Shown piece after piece: positions 1-7,911 of a stretch of DNA of 9,468 bases (its first letter is position 1; each line of letters starts with the position of its first letter). Under the pieces are notes generated by a model. That model worked only from the letters and a program-made list of their open reading frames with translations. It searched no databases and had not been told where the DNA came from. Source of the stretch: Candidatus Auribacterota bacterium (lineage in GTDB: Bacteria > Auribacterota > UBA6266); NCBI GenBank assembly GCA_023136205.1, contig JAGLRQ010000066.1, positions 1 to 9,468 on the forward strand, given 5' to 3'. The position numbers and the translations under genes were made by a program.

Positions 1-1
1 G

Positions 2-2002
2 ATAAATGCTGTTTTTAGTTCCTGGCATAATGATAGAGCGGTTAAATACCGTGCAATAAATGATATTAAAGGACTTATTGGAACAGCTGTTAATGTTCAG
101 GCTATGGTATTTGGTAATATGGGCGATACATCCGGAACCGGCGTCGCGTTTACGAGAGATCCCAGTATCGGTACAAATAAGTTTTACGGTGAGTATCTTA
201 TGAATGCCCAGGGTGAGGATGTTGTGGCCGGTATCAGGACACCTGAACCGATTGAAACTCTTAAGAAAGTTAACAGGAAAATTTATGGACAGCTTATCAA
301 TATACGCAAAAAGCTTGAAAAGCATTACAAGGAAGTACAGGATCTTGAGTTTACTATTCAGGAAGGTAAACTTTACATACTGCAGACAAGAACAGGTAAG
401 AGAACAGCGGCAGCAGCTTTAAAGATAGCGGTGGACATGGTAAAGGAAAAACTTATAACTGAAAAAGAAGCAGTTATGAGAATTGATCCCGTACAGCTTG
501 ACCATTTGCTACATCCTGCGTTTAATCCGGAGGCTGAGAAAAAAACCAAATCTATCGCGAAAGGATTACCGGCATCTCCCGGGGCTGCTTCAGGACAGGT
601 TGTTTTCTCTGCTGACAAAGCCGAAAAGTGGGCGGAAAAAGGGAAAAATATTATTCTCTGCAGGACAGAGACCTCTCCCGAAGATATTGGCGGTATGCAT
701 GTCGCGAAAGGTATTCTCACGAGCCGCGGGGGTATGACGAGCCATGCCGCGGTAGTCGCGCGGGGCATGGGCAAATGTTGTGTTGCCGGTGCGGGTGGTA
801 TACATATGAATTACAAAAACAAGGAATTTCATGCGGGCGTGGTTAAGGTAAAAGAGGGTGACTGGATTTCATTGAATGGATCTACCGGGAATGTTTATGT
901 TGGCAAGATTCCTACGGTACAAGCTACGCTCTCGGGTTATTTTACAACCGTTATGAAATGGGCCGATAAATACAGAAAGCTTGGCGTCAGGACCAATGCG
1001 GATACTCCGCACGATGCTGAAGTGGCTGTCAAGTTTGGAGCGGAAGGGATAGGCCTTACCAGGACTGAGCACATGTTTTTTGAAGGCGACAGGATTATTG
1101 CTTTCAGAGAGATGATACTTGCGGAAGACAAGGAGGGAAGGGAGAAGGCGTTGAAAAAACTGCTTCCCATACAGAGGAAAGATTTTGAAGGCATATTTAA
1201 AGCGCTTAAGGGCCGCCCTTGTACTATAAGGCTGCTTGACCCGCCACTGCATGAGTTTTTACCTCACGATGAAGCAGGACAGAAGGAAATGTCGAAAGTG
1301 ATGAAAATTCCTGTTCAAAAAATAAAATATAAGGTTGAGTCTTTGCACGAATTTAACCCTATGCTTGGCCACAGGGGTTGCAGGCTTGGATTGATATATC
1401 CTGAAATATCAAATATGCAGGTCCGGGCTATTATAGAGGCCGCGATTAGTGTGAAGAAAAAGAGAATAAAGGTTAGCCCCGAAATAATGATTCCCCTGGT
1501 TGGCCATTATAGAGAACTTGAGATTGCGAGGGAATATGCGGAAAAAGAGATTCAAAAAGTGTTTAAAGAGAAAAAAGTAAAGGTGGATTATAAAATTGGT
1601 ACAATGATAGAGGTTCCGAGAGCAGCTCTTACAGCTGATGAAGTAGCGAGATACGCGGACTTTTTTTCATTTGGAACTAATGACCTTACGCAGATGGCGT
1701 GTGGTTTTTCAAGAGATGATGCCGGTAAATTTCTTCCTGATTATGTTGCCAAAGGAATTTACGAGTATGAACCATTTCAGGTACTGGATCAGGATGGTGT
1801 AGGAAAGTTGGTGGAAATGGCGGTTGAGCTTGGCAGGAAGGTAAAGAAAAGCCTCAAAATCGGCATATGCGGTGAACATGGAGGAGAGCCTAAAAGCGTT
1901 GAATTTTGTCACAAAGCGGGACTGAATTATGTGAGTTGTTCGCCTTATAGAGTTCCCATTGCGAGGCTGGCTGCTGCCCAGGCTGCAATTGAAAATAAGT
2001 AA
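2..2002 (+). CDS. ppdK: Pyruvate, phosphate dikinase (PPDK), 5'-truncated by the window edge
   Basis: The frame is open from base 2 (INAVFSSWHNDRAVKYRAINDIKGLIGTAVNVQAMVFGNMG...), upstream of the listed ATG at 104. So the gene starts left of the window. PPDK hallmarks are present: GTGVAFTRDP, NAQGEDVVAGIRTP, the phosphohistidine loop GGMTSHAAVVARGMGKCCV (about 727-774), the C-terminal PEP/pyruvate domain motifs RTEHMFF, IRLLDPPLHEFLP, NPMLGHRGCRLG, FFSFGTNDLTQ and GICGEHGGEP. Stop TAA at 2000-2002. Confidence 0.97.
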   Translation: MNAVFSSWHNDRAVKYRAINDIKGLIGTAVNVQAMVFGNMGDTSGTGVAFTRDPSIGTNKFYGEYLMNAQGEDVVAGIRTPEPIETLKKVNRKIYGQLINIRKKLEKHYKEVQDLEFTIQEGKLYILQTRTGKRTAAAALKIAVDMVKEKLITEKEAVMRIDPVQLDHLLHPAFNPEAEKKTKSIAKGLPASPGAASGQVVFSADKAEKWAEKGKNIILCRTETSPEDIGGMHVAKGILTSRGGMTSHAAVVARGMGKCCVAGAGGIHMNYKNKEFHAGVVKVKEGDWISLNGSTGNVYVGKIPTVQATLSGYFTTVMKWADKYRKLGVRTNADTPHDAEVAVKFGAEGIGLTRTEHMFFEGDRIIAFREMILAEDKEGREKALKKLLPIQRKDFEGIFKALKGRPCTIRLLDPPLHEFLPHDEAGQKEMSKVMKIPVQKIKYKVESLHEFNPMLGHRGCRLGLIYPEISNMQVRAIIEAAISVKKKRIKVSPEIMIPLVGHYRELEIAREYAEKEIQKVFKEKKVKVDYKIGTMIEVPRAALTADEVARYADFFSFGTNDLTQMACGFSRDDAGKFLPDYVAKGIYEYEPFQVLDQDGVGKLVEMAVELGRKVKKSLKIGICGEHGGEPKSVEFCHKAGLNYVSCSPYRVPIARLAAAQAAIENK

Positions 2003-2021
2003 AGCTTTTATATAGAACTTG

Positions 2022-2030
2022 TGCTACAAT
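2022..2030 (+). promoter_or_regulatory. Candidate extended -10 promoter element (TGCTACAAT) for the sigma-factor gene
   Basis: TGcTACAAT matches the extended -10 consensus TGnTATAAT with one mismatch. It lies about 40 nt upstream of ATG 2070. A GGGGGA Shine-Dalgarno-like run sits at 2062-2067. No convincing -35 element and no terminator after ppdK, so read-through co-transcription is equally possible. Confidence 0.3.
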
Positions 2031-2069
2031 CTTGCGAAGAACATTTTTTACTGGTAGAAACGGGGGAAA

Positions 2070-2894
2070 ATGAGTTCAAATCCGATACGCTTGTATTTAA
2101 GGGATATAAGACAGATTCCTCTTCTTACTCTCGAAAAAGAACGTGAACTTGCCAAGCGGGTGAAAAAGGGAAATACAAAAGCCAGAAAGGAATTAATTAA
2201 AGCTAATCTCCGGCTTGTTGTGAGTATAGCGAAGCGCTATGAAAATATTGGATTACCTTTCCTTGATCTTGTTGAAGAAGGTAACATTGGCCTTATGAAG
2301 GCTGTTGAACGTTATGATATTTCAAAAGGCTGTAAGCTCAGCACTTATGCCTCATGGTGGATAAAACAGTCTATTTTGAGAGGCCTTGCCAACCAGGGAA
2401 AGACCATTCGTGTTCCTGTTTATATGATAGAAAAGCTTTCGATATTGAAAAAAGTTATTCGGGAGCTTACCCAGAAGAAAAAGAATTCTCCAACTTCACA
2501 GGAGATAGCGGATGAGCTTGATATTCCGATTGAAAAGGTTACGGAAATACAGAATGCTGCTGCTTTTTCGGCTTCGCTGAATAGCTTTATGGGTGAAGAT
2601 GGAACAGATGAACTGATAGACATAATAGAAAACGAACGGGCTTCTGATCCGGCACAAGAGGTGGGGGCGATGTTTCTTAAGGATGAAATAGAAATCCTTC
2701 TTAATGATCTTACCTCCAGGGAGTCGGATATTTTAAAACTGAGATTTGGAATAGAAGATGGCGAGAACCTGACCCTTGAAAAAATTGGAAGTAAGTATAA
2801 AATTACCAGGGAGAGGGTAAGGCAAATTGAACAGACTGCTGTGAAAAAGCTTCGTAAAAAAATCGTCGAAAAAAAAGAAGGTTGGTTAATATAG
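2070..2894 (+). CDS. Sigma-70 family RNA polymerase sigma factor, RpoD/SigA-like, compact (274 aa, no region 1.1 or non-conserved insert)
   Basis: Region 1.2 (IRLYLRDIRQIPLLTLEKERELAKRV). Region 2 (ANLRLVVSIAKRY...FLDLVEEGNIGLMKAVERYD...STYASWWIKQSILRGL). Region 3 (TIRVPVYMIEKL). Region 4.2 HTH (LTLEKIGSKYKITRERVRQIEQTAVKKLR). SD-like GGGGGA lies 3 nt upstream of the ATG. Confidence 0.93.
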   Translation: MSSNPIRLYLRDIRQIPLLTLEKERELAKRVKKGNTKARKELIKANLRLVVSIAKRYENIGLPFLDLVEEGNIGLMKAVERYDISKGCKLSTYASWWIKQSILRGLANQGKTIRVPVYMIEKLSILKKVIRELTQKKKNSPTSQEIADELDIPIEKVTEIQNAAAFSASLNSFMGEDGTDELIDIIENERASDPAQEVGAMFLKDEIEILLNDLTSRESDILKLRFGIEDGENLTLEKIGSKYKITRERVRQIEQTAVKKLRKKIVEKKEGWLI

Positions 2895-2990
2895 CATTGT
2901 ATTGTGTATCACGTATTGAGTATTGCGTGTTATTTTTTTTGCGCACGGAGCATTACGCATAAGGCACGACGAAAACAGGAGGTAATTCTA

Positions 2991-3509
2991 ATGCTGGAAA
3001 GTTTAAAAAATACTATCCGTGATGTTCCTGATTTTCCTAAGGAAGGAATAATTTTTAAAGACATTACAACACTTTTACAGAATGGAAAACTTTTCAAAAA
3101 GGCTGTTGACGCGATGGCTGGAAAGTTTATCGATAAGAAAATAGATATTGTTGCCGGGATTGAATCACGCGGTTTTATTTTTGGAGCAGCCATTGCTTAC
3201 AAGCTGGGTGTTGGCTTTGTTCCTATAAGGAAAAAGGGAAAACTTCCGCATAAGACTGTAAGTGCCGAATACGCGCTTGAATATGGTGTTGATTCTGTAG
3301 AAATACACGAAGATGCTGTCAAAGAAGGGCAAAAAGTCCTTCTGGTTGATGATCTTCTTGCTACTGGTGGTACAATCGGAGCTTCCGCGGAACTTATTGA
3401 AGAGTTGAAGGGTGATATTGTCGGCATTTGCCTTCTTATAGAGTTAACCTTCCTTGAGGGTATTAAAAAACTTGAAAAGTACGATGTTGCTTCTCTTATT
3501 AAATACTAA
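2991..3509 (+). CDS. apt: Adenine phosphoribosyltransferase
   Basis: [29 protein letters not shown]..., [19 protein letters not shown], and the PRPP-binding loop [13 protein letters not shown] are typical Apt motifs. I moved the start from the GTG at 2904 to the ATG at 2991. That ATG is preceded by a perfect AGGAGG (2977-2982) with an 8-nt spacer, and Apt proteins begin at this motif (172 aa). Confidence 0.95.
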   Translation: MLESLKNTIRDVPDFPKEGIIFKDITTLLQNGKLFKKAVDAMAGKFIDKKIDIVAGIESRGFIFGAAIAYKLGVGFVPIRKKGKLPHKTVSAEYALEYGVDSVEIHEDAVKEGQKVLLVDDLLATGGTIGASAELIEELKGDIVGICLLIELTFLEGIKKLEKYDVASLIKY

Positions 3510-3521
3510 TTAGTTTTCGTC

Positions 3522-3540
3522 CGGAAATGGTCCTTTTCCG
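3522..3540 (+). terminator. Weak hairpin downstream of apt (CGGAAA-tggtcct-TTTCCG)
   Basis: A 6-bp perfect stem with a 7-nt loop, 13 nt after the apt stop. No U-tract follows it (cataaaatgc), so it is a poor intrinsic terminator at best. Confidence 0.2.
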
Positions 3541-3576
3541 CATAAAATGCAAGATTGCTATTTGGAGTATTGTTGT

Positions 3577-3652
3577 GCCCCCGTAGCTCAGAGGATAGAG
3601 CACCGGTTTCCTAAACCGGGTGTCGGACGTTCAAGTCGTCTCGGGGGTGCCA
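3577..3652 (+). tRNA. tRNA-Arg (anticodon CCT), CCA end encoded
   Basis: Hand-folded cloverleaf. Acceptor GCCCCCG/CGGGGGT (G1-U72 wobble plus 6 Watson-Crick pairs). D arm GCTC-AGAGGATA-GAGC. Anticodon arm CCGGT-TTCCTAA-ACCGG, giving CCT at positions 34-36. Variable loop GTGTC. T arm GGACG-TTCAAGT-CGTCT. Discriminator G followed by CCA. 76 nt. Confidence 0.9.
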
Positions 3653-3710
3653 TCTAAAAAAAAAGAGGCAAAAAGAGGGGTCAAATCTTTAGTCTTGACA
3701 AATTAGAAAG

Positions 3711-4493
3711 TTATGAGGATTTTTGGCTGGCTAAATACATACAAATTGCGCCGCAGGCCGCTACGTTTAATGATTCCGCTTTTTTACGCGCAATAGGGAT
3801 TTTTAATCTGTAATTTGATACGTCCAATATTGGTTTTGAGATGCCGGAAGCTTCATTTCCGAGGGCGAGAAGAAGCTTCTGATTTCGAGAAAGAATAGAA
3901 GTATCTTCCATTCCATTAAGATCTGTTGATACAATGAAATATCCGTTTTTTTTCAGCTTTTTCGCAATCTCAAGATAACCTTTTGTTCTTCTTGACCAGA
4001 TGGATAATATGGTGCCCGCAGTTGATTGAATACATTTAGGAGATAAAGGATCCGCGCATTTTTCACTTAAGATAACCCCGGAAAAATTTAAAGCTGCGGC
4101 AGTGCGGATAAGAGTCCCCGCGTTTCCCGGATCCTGAATATCTTCAAGCAGTAAAACTTTAGAGCCGATATTTTCCGGCAGGCGGGAGGTGTAAATTTCC
4201 TCCGGTTGACGAACAACAGCAATAGTTCCCTGAGGTGCCTTTGTAGAGCAGATTGAGCGGAACTGTTTATCGGTGATAATCCGGATGAGATGATTTCGGT
4301 AGTCAGGCGGTAGTTTTCCTGTCGTTATAATTTCAATTATTTCATCCGGATGGCTATTAATAATCTGTTTTATTGCCCTGTGCCCTTCGACAAGGAATGC
4401 TTTTGCTTCAAGACGGCCTTTTTTTGTGGCAAGTTTTTTATACCATTTGAGGGGTTTGAGGGCATTTACTTTTTCGTTTGATATCTGTTTCAT
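3711..4493 (-). CDS. TrmH/SpoU-family RNA 2'-O-methyltransferase (RlmB-like, with N-terminal substrate-binding domain)
   Basis: SPOUT motifs are present: LLLEDIQDPGNAGTLIRTAAA (motif 1), LLALGNEASGIS (motif 2), IPIARKKAESLNVAACGAICMY (motif 3). The N-terminal FLVEGHRAIKQII resembles the SpoU substrate-binding domain. It lies 35 nt downstream of the rluA-like gene on the same strand, so it is probably in an operon with it. Confidence 0.9.
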   Translation of the reverse strand: MKQISNEKVNALKPLKWYKKLATKKGRLEAKAFLVEGHRAIKQIINSHPDEIIEIITTGKLPPDYRNHLIRIITDKQFRSICSTKAPQGTIAVVRQPEEIYTSRLPENIGSKVLLLEDIQDPGNAGTLIRTAAALNFSGVILSEKCADPLSPKCIQSTAGTILSIWSRRTKGYLEIAKKLKKNGYFIVSTDLNGMEDTSILSRNQKLLLALGNEASGISKPILDVSNYRLKIPIARKKAESLNVAACGAICMYLASQKSS

Positions 4494-4528
4494 GGTAGAT
4501 GCCTTTTCTGTGTGTATCTGTGTTTAAA

Positions 4529-5158
4529 TCATTTCTTTTTTAAATATGCTTGCTTTTTCAGAAATTTACTCATATCTTCCGGCAATGGAGCTTCGATAGT
4601 TAGGTTTCTACCCGAATACGGGTGTTTGAATTCTATCCTGGAAGCATGTAATGCGCACCGCTTGAACTTGAGCTTAAAATCTTTGCCAAAAGCGAATTTT
4701 CGTTCTCCTACAAGAGGGTGTTTTATTAATTTAAAGTGTATTCTTATCTGGTTCCTTCTGCCCGTTACAGTCTGGATTCCCAGAATTGAAAAGTTCTTGA
4801 GTATCTTTCTTGTTTTGTATTTTGTTATTGCTGTTTTTCCACTTATTTTTGAGGATATTGTCCCGCTTTTTTTTTGTGGTATACCGTGAATAAAGGCGAT
4901 ATATATCTTTATTATTTCATGGTTTTTAAATAGTTCGAACATTTTATCCCTGGCTTTTTTGCCTCTTGCAAAAATCATTATGCCGGAAGTTTCCTTATCG
5001 AGCCTGTGGCATGGTAAAATGTTACTTTCTTGCAATTGTCTTGGGAGAATGAAAGAAAGTGTGTTTTTTCCGTTTTTTGGGCTTGGGACAGAAAGCAAAC
5101 CTGAGGGCTTGTTTGCCATTATGTAGTGTTCATCCTGATAAATTATAGGGATATTCAT
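4529..5158 (-). CDS. RluA-family pseudouridine synthase (no S4 domain)
   Basis: Catalytic motif HRLDKETSGIMIFARGKKA (the catalytic Asp lies in HRLD) and the RNQIRIH motif. YIMANKPSGLLS sits near the N terminus. The listed start at 5161 is a TTG; the adjacent ATG at 5158 is the more likely start. No SD is visible upstream. Confidence 0.9.
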   Translation of the reverse strand: MNIPIIYQDEHYIMANKPSGLLSVPSPKNGKNTLSFILPRQLQESNILPCHRLDKETSGIMIFARGKKARDKMFELFKNHEIIKIYIAFIHGIPQKKSGTISSKISGKTAITKYKTRKILKNFSILGIQTVTGRRNQIRIHFKLIKHPLVGERKFAFGKDFKLKFKRCALHASRIEFKHPYSGRNLTIEAPLPEDMSKFLKKQAYLKKK

Positions 5159-5165
5159 CAAAAGC

Positions 5166-5194
5166 AGTATATAGTATGTAGTGTTGAGTATAAA
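5166..5194 (-). promoter_or_regulatory. Candidate promoter of the rluA-trmH operon (TTTATA-17 nt-TATACT), possibly producing a leaderless mRNA
   Basis: On the minus strand the -35-like TTTATA is at 5194-5189, the spacer is 17 nt, and the -10-like TATACT is at 5171-5166. The ATG at 5158 begins 8 nt after the -10 hexamer and has no SD. The left arm of the 13-bp inverted repeat overlaps this -10. Confidence 0.3.
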
Positions 5195-5303
5195 AAAAAC
5201 AAATTACAAATAACAAAACCTAAAATAATTTTATTTTTCACTGAGTTTTTCGTATTTTTTTTTGATTATTTTTACTATATACTATATACGACATACTATA
5301 TAC
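5167..5303. repeat. 13-bp perfect inverted repeat (GTATATAGTATGT / ACATACTATATAC) separated by 111 bp of AT-rich DNA, with extra direct copies of ACTATATAC at the right end
   Basis: Positions 5167-5179 are the exact reverse complement of 5291-5303, and the match is 14/15 if extended two bases outward. ACTATAT occurs at 5274-5280 and ACTATATAC at 5281-5289 and 5295-5303. The inverted copy GTATATAGT is at 5167-5175. Confidence 0.8.
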
Positions 5304-5309
5304 AGTTTA

Positions 5310-7853
5310 CTAGTATTTATGTGTTCCGCGGCAGTATGGATATTCAGAACAACCCCAGAATCTCCCAAATTCCCCTTCACGCAAAACCATTTTTGAACTG
5401 CATCTCGGACAGCTCGGGATGTTATTTACAATTGGATCCGTATCAATTTCCTTATGGGACAGGTTTTCAAAACGCTGTCTGAAGAGAGTGGAAATTTTTC
5501 TGGCCGCGCTGGATGCCGGAAAATCTTCAAGGACTTTTTGTAATAAGGTGCTTCCTTGTTCGGAAAAGGATATGGCGTTTTTAGTTTTACCTTCCCTGCT
5601 GAAAAATTTTGCTTTTTCGAGGTAAAAGTTTCCTGCTTCAAAAAGAATTTCGGGGTCTTCCGGGTTTTTGGAGATTTTTATCAGCAGGGCTTCTTCCTGT
5701 TGGTCTATTTCGTTCTTTGAAGATGTTTTATCTGACGCGTCTTTGTCGATTTCTATTATTTTGAATTCTTTTCTGCCGAGTAAAATATCGGAGCCTTTTT
5801 TGTTCAAGAGGATTACGGGGTGTTCGACACCGCTTAATTTTAGAAATCCTTCCGAAATAAGCCGCTGAAGAATTTCCATGGTTTTTTCCTGTGATTCTTT
5901 AGTCGTTTCATAGGTTTTTAATTTATCAAAACCGTTTTGTTTGATGACTATGGCTTTTGATCCGGTTAATATTTGCGCGATTCTTATTTTTATAAGGGGT
6001 TGTGGTATTTCTTTTACGCACCTTAGCAGGTTTTCTGCCAGTTTTGCTTCCTGGATAGTATATGCTGCCTCTTCAAAAGTTGGTTCATCTTCAAGTATTT
6101 CCCGGCCGATACAAACATCACATCCAGGGCAGAGATCTTTTTCATATTTTTCGCCGAAGTATTCAAGCAGCATTTTTCTCCTGCAGCAGTGAGATGTAGC
6201 ATATTGGATAATTTGGTGAAGTTTCTTTATTCCGTGATTTCTCTGGGCCTCCATTTTTTCCCAGAGAATGTTAAGTTCATCAAAGGGCGTATTAAAATCT
6301 TTTATAAGAATGGAACGTCCTCTGAAAGGAGATGAATATTTAATGAGATTTAGTTTATCCATATTGTTTAAGGTACGGGATATCTGATCGGATTTCAGGT
6401 TTGCCGATTTAATTAAATCTCTGAAGGAAAAAGAAAATGTGTCAGCATCTTTATCCCCCTTCCCTATATCCATGATAGCCGAAGTAAGAGTTTTTTGTAG
6501 TTTGCTTTTTTGCCTTTTTAAAATTGTTTCAGGGGATGTCCTGAATTTTACGCTGGCAATGTTATCAAACCGGGAAAGAAGGTCAATTGCTCCTGCTTTT
6601 CTCAGGATTCTCAGCGTGCTTGAAATGCCCTGTTCACTAATTTCTATATTTAATGATTTTTTTATTTCTTCACGTGTTTTTGACACGGGATTTTCATTCT
6701 GGTTTATAAGGTAGTTGTGTACCATGTGTACCTGTTGCTTTGTAGGATGGTTCTGCGCGATAAAATATTCCTGCAGTTTAATGTCAGACGGGGAGTAGAG
6801 AAGTATGCACCATGCTTGTTTACCGTCCCTGCCGGCTCTGCCGGCTTCCTGGTAATAGCTTTCAATATTGCCGGGGATGTCAAGGTGAATGAGGCACCTT
6901 ATGTCATCTTTGTCTATGCCCATTCCGAAGGCATTTGTAGCTACCAGGACAGGAATTTCTCCGTTCATAAATTTGTTCTGGATATTTTCTCTCTCGGAAT
7001 CATCTATCCCAGCGTGGTAACATGAAGATTTTACGCCAATGGAATTCAAATATGCGGATACATTTTCAGTTTTTCTTCTTGTCCCAACATATATGATAGC
7101 GGAGCCGTGGCGATGTCTTAACGCGTCTTTAAGAACAGCATTTTTGTCTTTTTTCGCGGGAGTATTGATTACGCTGAATATCAGGTTTTCCCTGTCAAAT
7201 CCTGTAACGATGGTTTGGGCATCGGGAATATCAAGCTGCTTAACAATATCCTTCTGAACCTCGGGGGTAGCCGTGGCTGTTAAGGCAATGACTGGGGGAT
7301 TACCCATGAGTTTTATAAAATGTTTAAGACTTAGATAGTCCGGCCTGAAATCGTGTCCCCAGGTTGAAATACAATGGGCTTCATCTATGGCAAACAGCTC
7401 TATCTTGGTCTCTTTTAACATTTGGGTGAATTTTTTACTTCTGAATCTTTCGGGAGCTATATATAAGAGTTTATATTTTCCCGAGATAGTGTTTTTTATC
7501 CGTTTTTCCTGTTCTTTTGCTGAGATTGAGCTGTTTATAAAAGTGGCTTTTATAAAGAGATTTGTAAGGTCATCTATTTGGTCTTTCATCAGAGAAATAA
7601 GGGGGGATACCACAATAGTTGTACCTTTGAAAATGAGCGCGGGAAGTTGATAACAGAGAGATTTCCCTCCTCCTGTGGGCATTACCGCCAGAGTATTTTT
7701 TTTACCCAGGACTTTTTCAATGACGGCTTGCTGCCCTGTTTTGAAGGTTTGGAATCCGAAATATTTGTTCAAATACGCGATAGTATCCGGCTTCATGTCT
7801 TTGTCTATCAAACCCTGTTCAATTATTTTGGCGTTTTGCATATTATTCCCCAT
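5310..7853 (-). CDS. recQ: RecQ-family ATP-dependent DNA helicase, atypical long form (847 aa) with C-terminal topoisomerase-type zinc ribbon
   Basis: Walker A MPTGGGKS (7659-7682), DEAH box FAIDEAHCISTWGHDFRPDY (DEAH at 7374-7385), LTATAT, motif VI YYQEAGRAGRDG. RecQ zinc-binding motif CRRKMLLEYFGE...CPGCDVC (6111-6191). RQC winged helix (AQILTGSKAIVIKQNGFDKLKTY...RLISEGFL). C-terminal CPRCSSKMVLREGEFGRFWGCSEYPYCRGT (5325-5411). The start is ambiguous: ATG 7853 has no SD, while ATG 7841 is preceded by GGGGA with a 5-nt spacer. Confidence 0.93.
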   Translation of the reverse strand: MGNNMQNAKIIEQGLIDKDMKPDTIAYLNKYFGFQTFKTGQQAVIEKVLGKKNTLAVMPTGGGKSLCYQLPALIFKGTTIVVSPLISLMKDQIDDLTNLFIKATFINSSISAKEQEKRIKNTISGKYKLLYIAPERFRSKKFTQMLKETKIELFAIDEAHCISTWGHDFRPDYLSLKHFIKLMGNPPVIALTATATPEVQKDIVKQLDIPDAQTIVTGFDRENLIFSVINTPAKKDKNAVLKDALRHRHGSAIIYVGTRRKTENVSAYLNSIGVKSSCYHAGIDDSERENIQNKFMNGEIPVLVATNAFGMGIDKDDIRCLIHLDIPGNIESYYQEAGRAGRDGKQAWCILLYSPSDIKLQEYFIAQNHPTKQQVHMVHNYLINQNENPVSKTREEIKKSLNIEISEQGISSTLRILRKAGAIDLLSRFDNIASVKFRTSPETILKRQKSKLQKTLTSAIMDIGKGDKDADTFSFSFRDLIKSANLKSDQISRTLNNMDKLNLIKYSSPFRGRSILIKDFNTPFDELNILWEKMEAQRNHGIKKLHQIIQYATSHCCRRKMLLEYFGEKYEKDLCPGCDVCIGREILEDEPTFEEAAYTIQEAKLAENLLRCVKEIPQPLIKIRIAQILTGSKAIVIKQNGFDKLKTYETTKESQEKTMEILQRLISEGFLKLSGVEHPVILLNKKGSDILLGRKEFKIIEIDKDASDKTSSKNEIDQQEEALLIKISKNPEDPEILFEAGNFYLEKAKFFSREGKTKNAISFSEQGSTLLQKVLEDFPASSAARKISTLFRQRFENLSHKEIDTDPIVNNIPSCPRCSSKMVLREGEFGRFWGCSEYPYCRGTHKY

Positions 7854-7881
7854 ATCATAATATATAATAATATAAGCCTAC

Positions 7882-7911
7882 ATTATATTGAGATTTGCAA
7901 AAGCAAGTCAA
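7882..7911 (-). promoter_or_regulatory. Near-consensus sigma-70 promoter for recQ (TTGACT-18 nt-TATAAT)
   Basis: On the minus strand TTGACT is at 7911-7906, the spacer is 18 nt, and TATAAT is at 7887-7882. The predicted transcription start is about 7875, roughly 22 nt upstream of ATG 7853. Confidence 0.45.

Noticed and set aside
204-1912. Eight listed ORFs (204-422+, 373-774-, 483-737+, 590-832-, 628-846+, 869-1252-, 937-1194-, 1709-1912-) overlapping ppdK
   Set aside because: All lie inside, or antisense to, a frame with unmistakable PPDK motifs. Their translations are low-complexity with no recognisable motifs, and none has an SD. They are shadow ORFs.
2052-2058. TGGTAGA heptamer (also TGGTAGAT at 4493-4500) matching the core of the 11-bp repeat at 8008-8029
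   Set aside because: Single heptamer or octamer matches are within chance expectation for about 9.5 kb. They are noted only as a lead within the operator finding, not as independent sites.
2899-2925. Three GTATTG hexamers upstream of apt, and a short TGCG/CGCA stem around a T8 run
   Set aside because: The hexamer spacing is irregular (14 and 7 bp). The stem is only 4 bp. This is insufficient to call an operator, riboswitch or terminator.
2904-2990. N-terminal 29-aa extension of apt from a GTG start
   Set aside because: The extension ([29 protein letters not shown]) has no counterpart in Apt proteins. It also contains the AGGAGG ribosome-binding site that serves the ATG at 2991.
3577-3710. 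tRNA-Arg as an integration hotspot or genomic-island boundary
   Set aside because: No integrase gene follows it. I found no direct repeat of the tRNA 3' end elsewhere in the window. The downstream genes (trmH, rluA, recQ) are housekeeping.
4512-4889. 125-aa plus-strand ORF opposite the pseudouridine synthase gene
   Set aside because: It is entirely antisense to the RluA-family frame, which carries the HRLD and RNQIR catalytic motifs. Its product is hydrophobic and low-complexity, and its alternative start has no SD.
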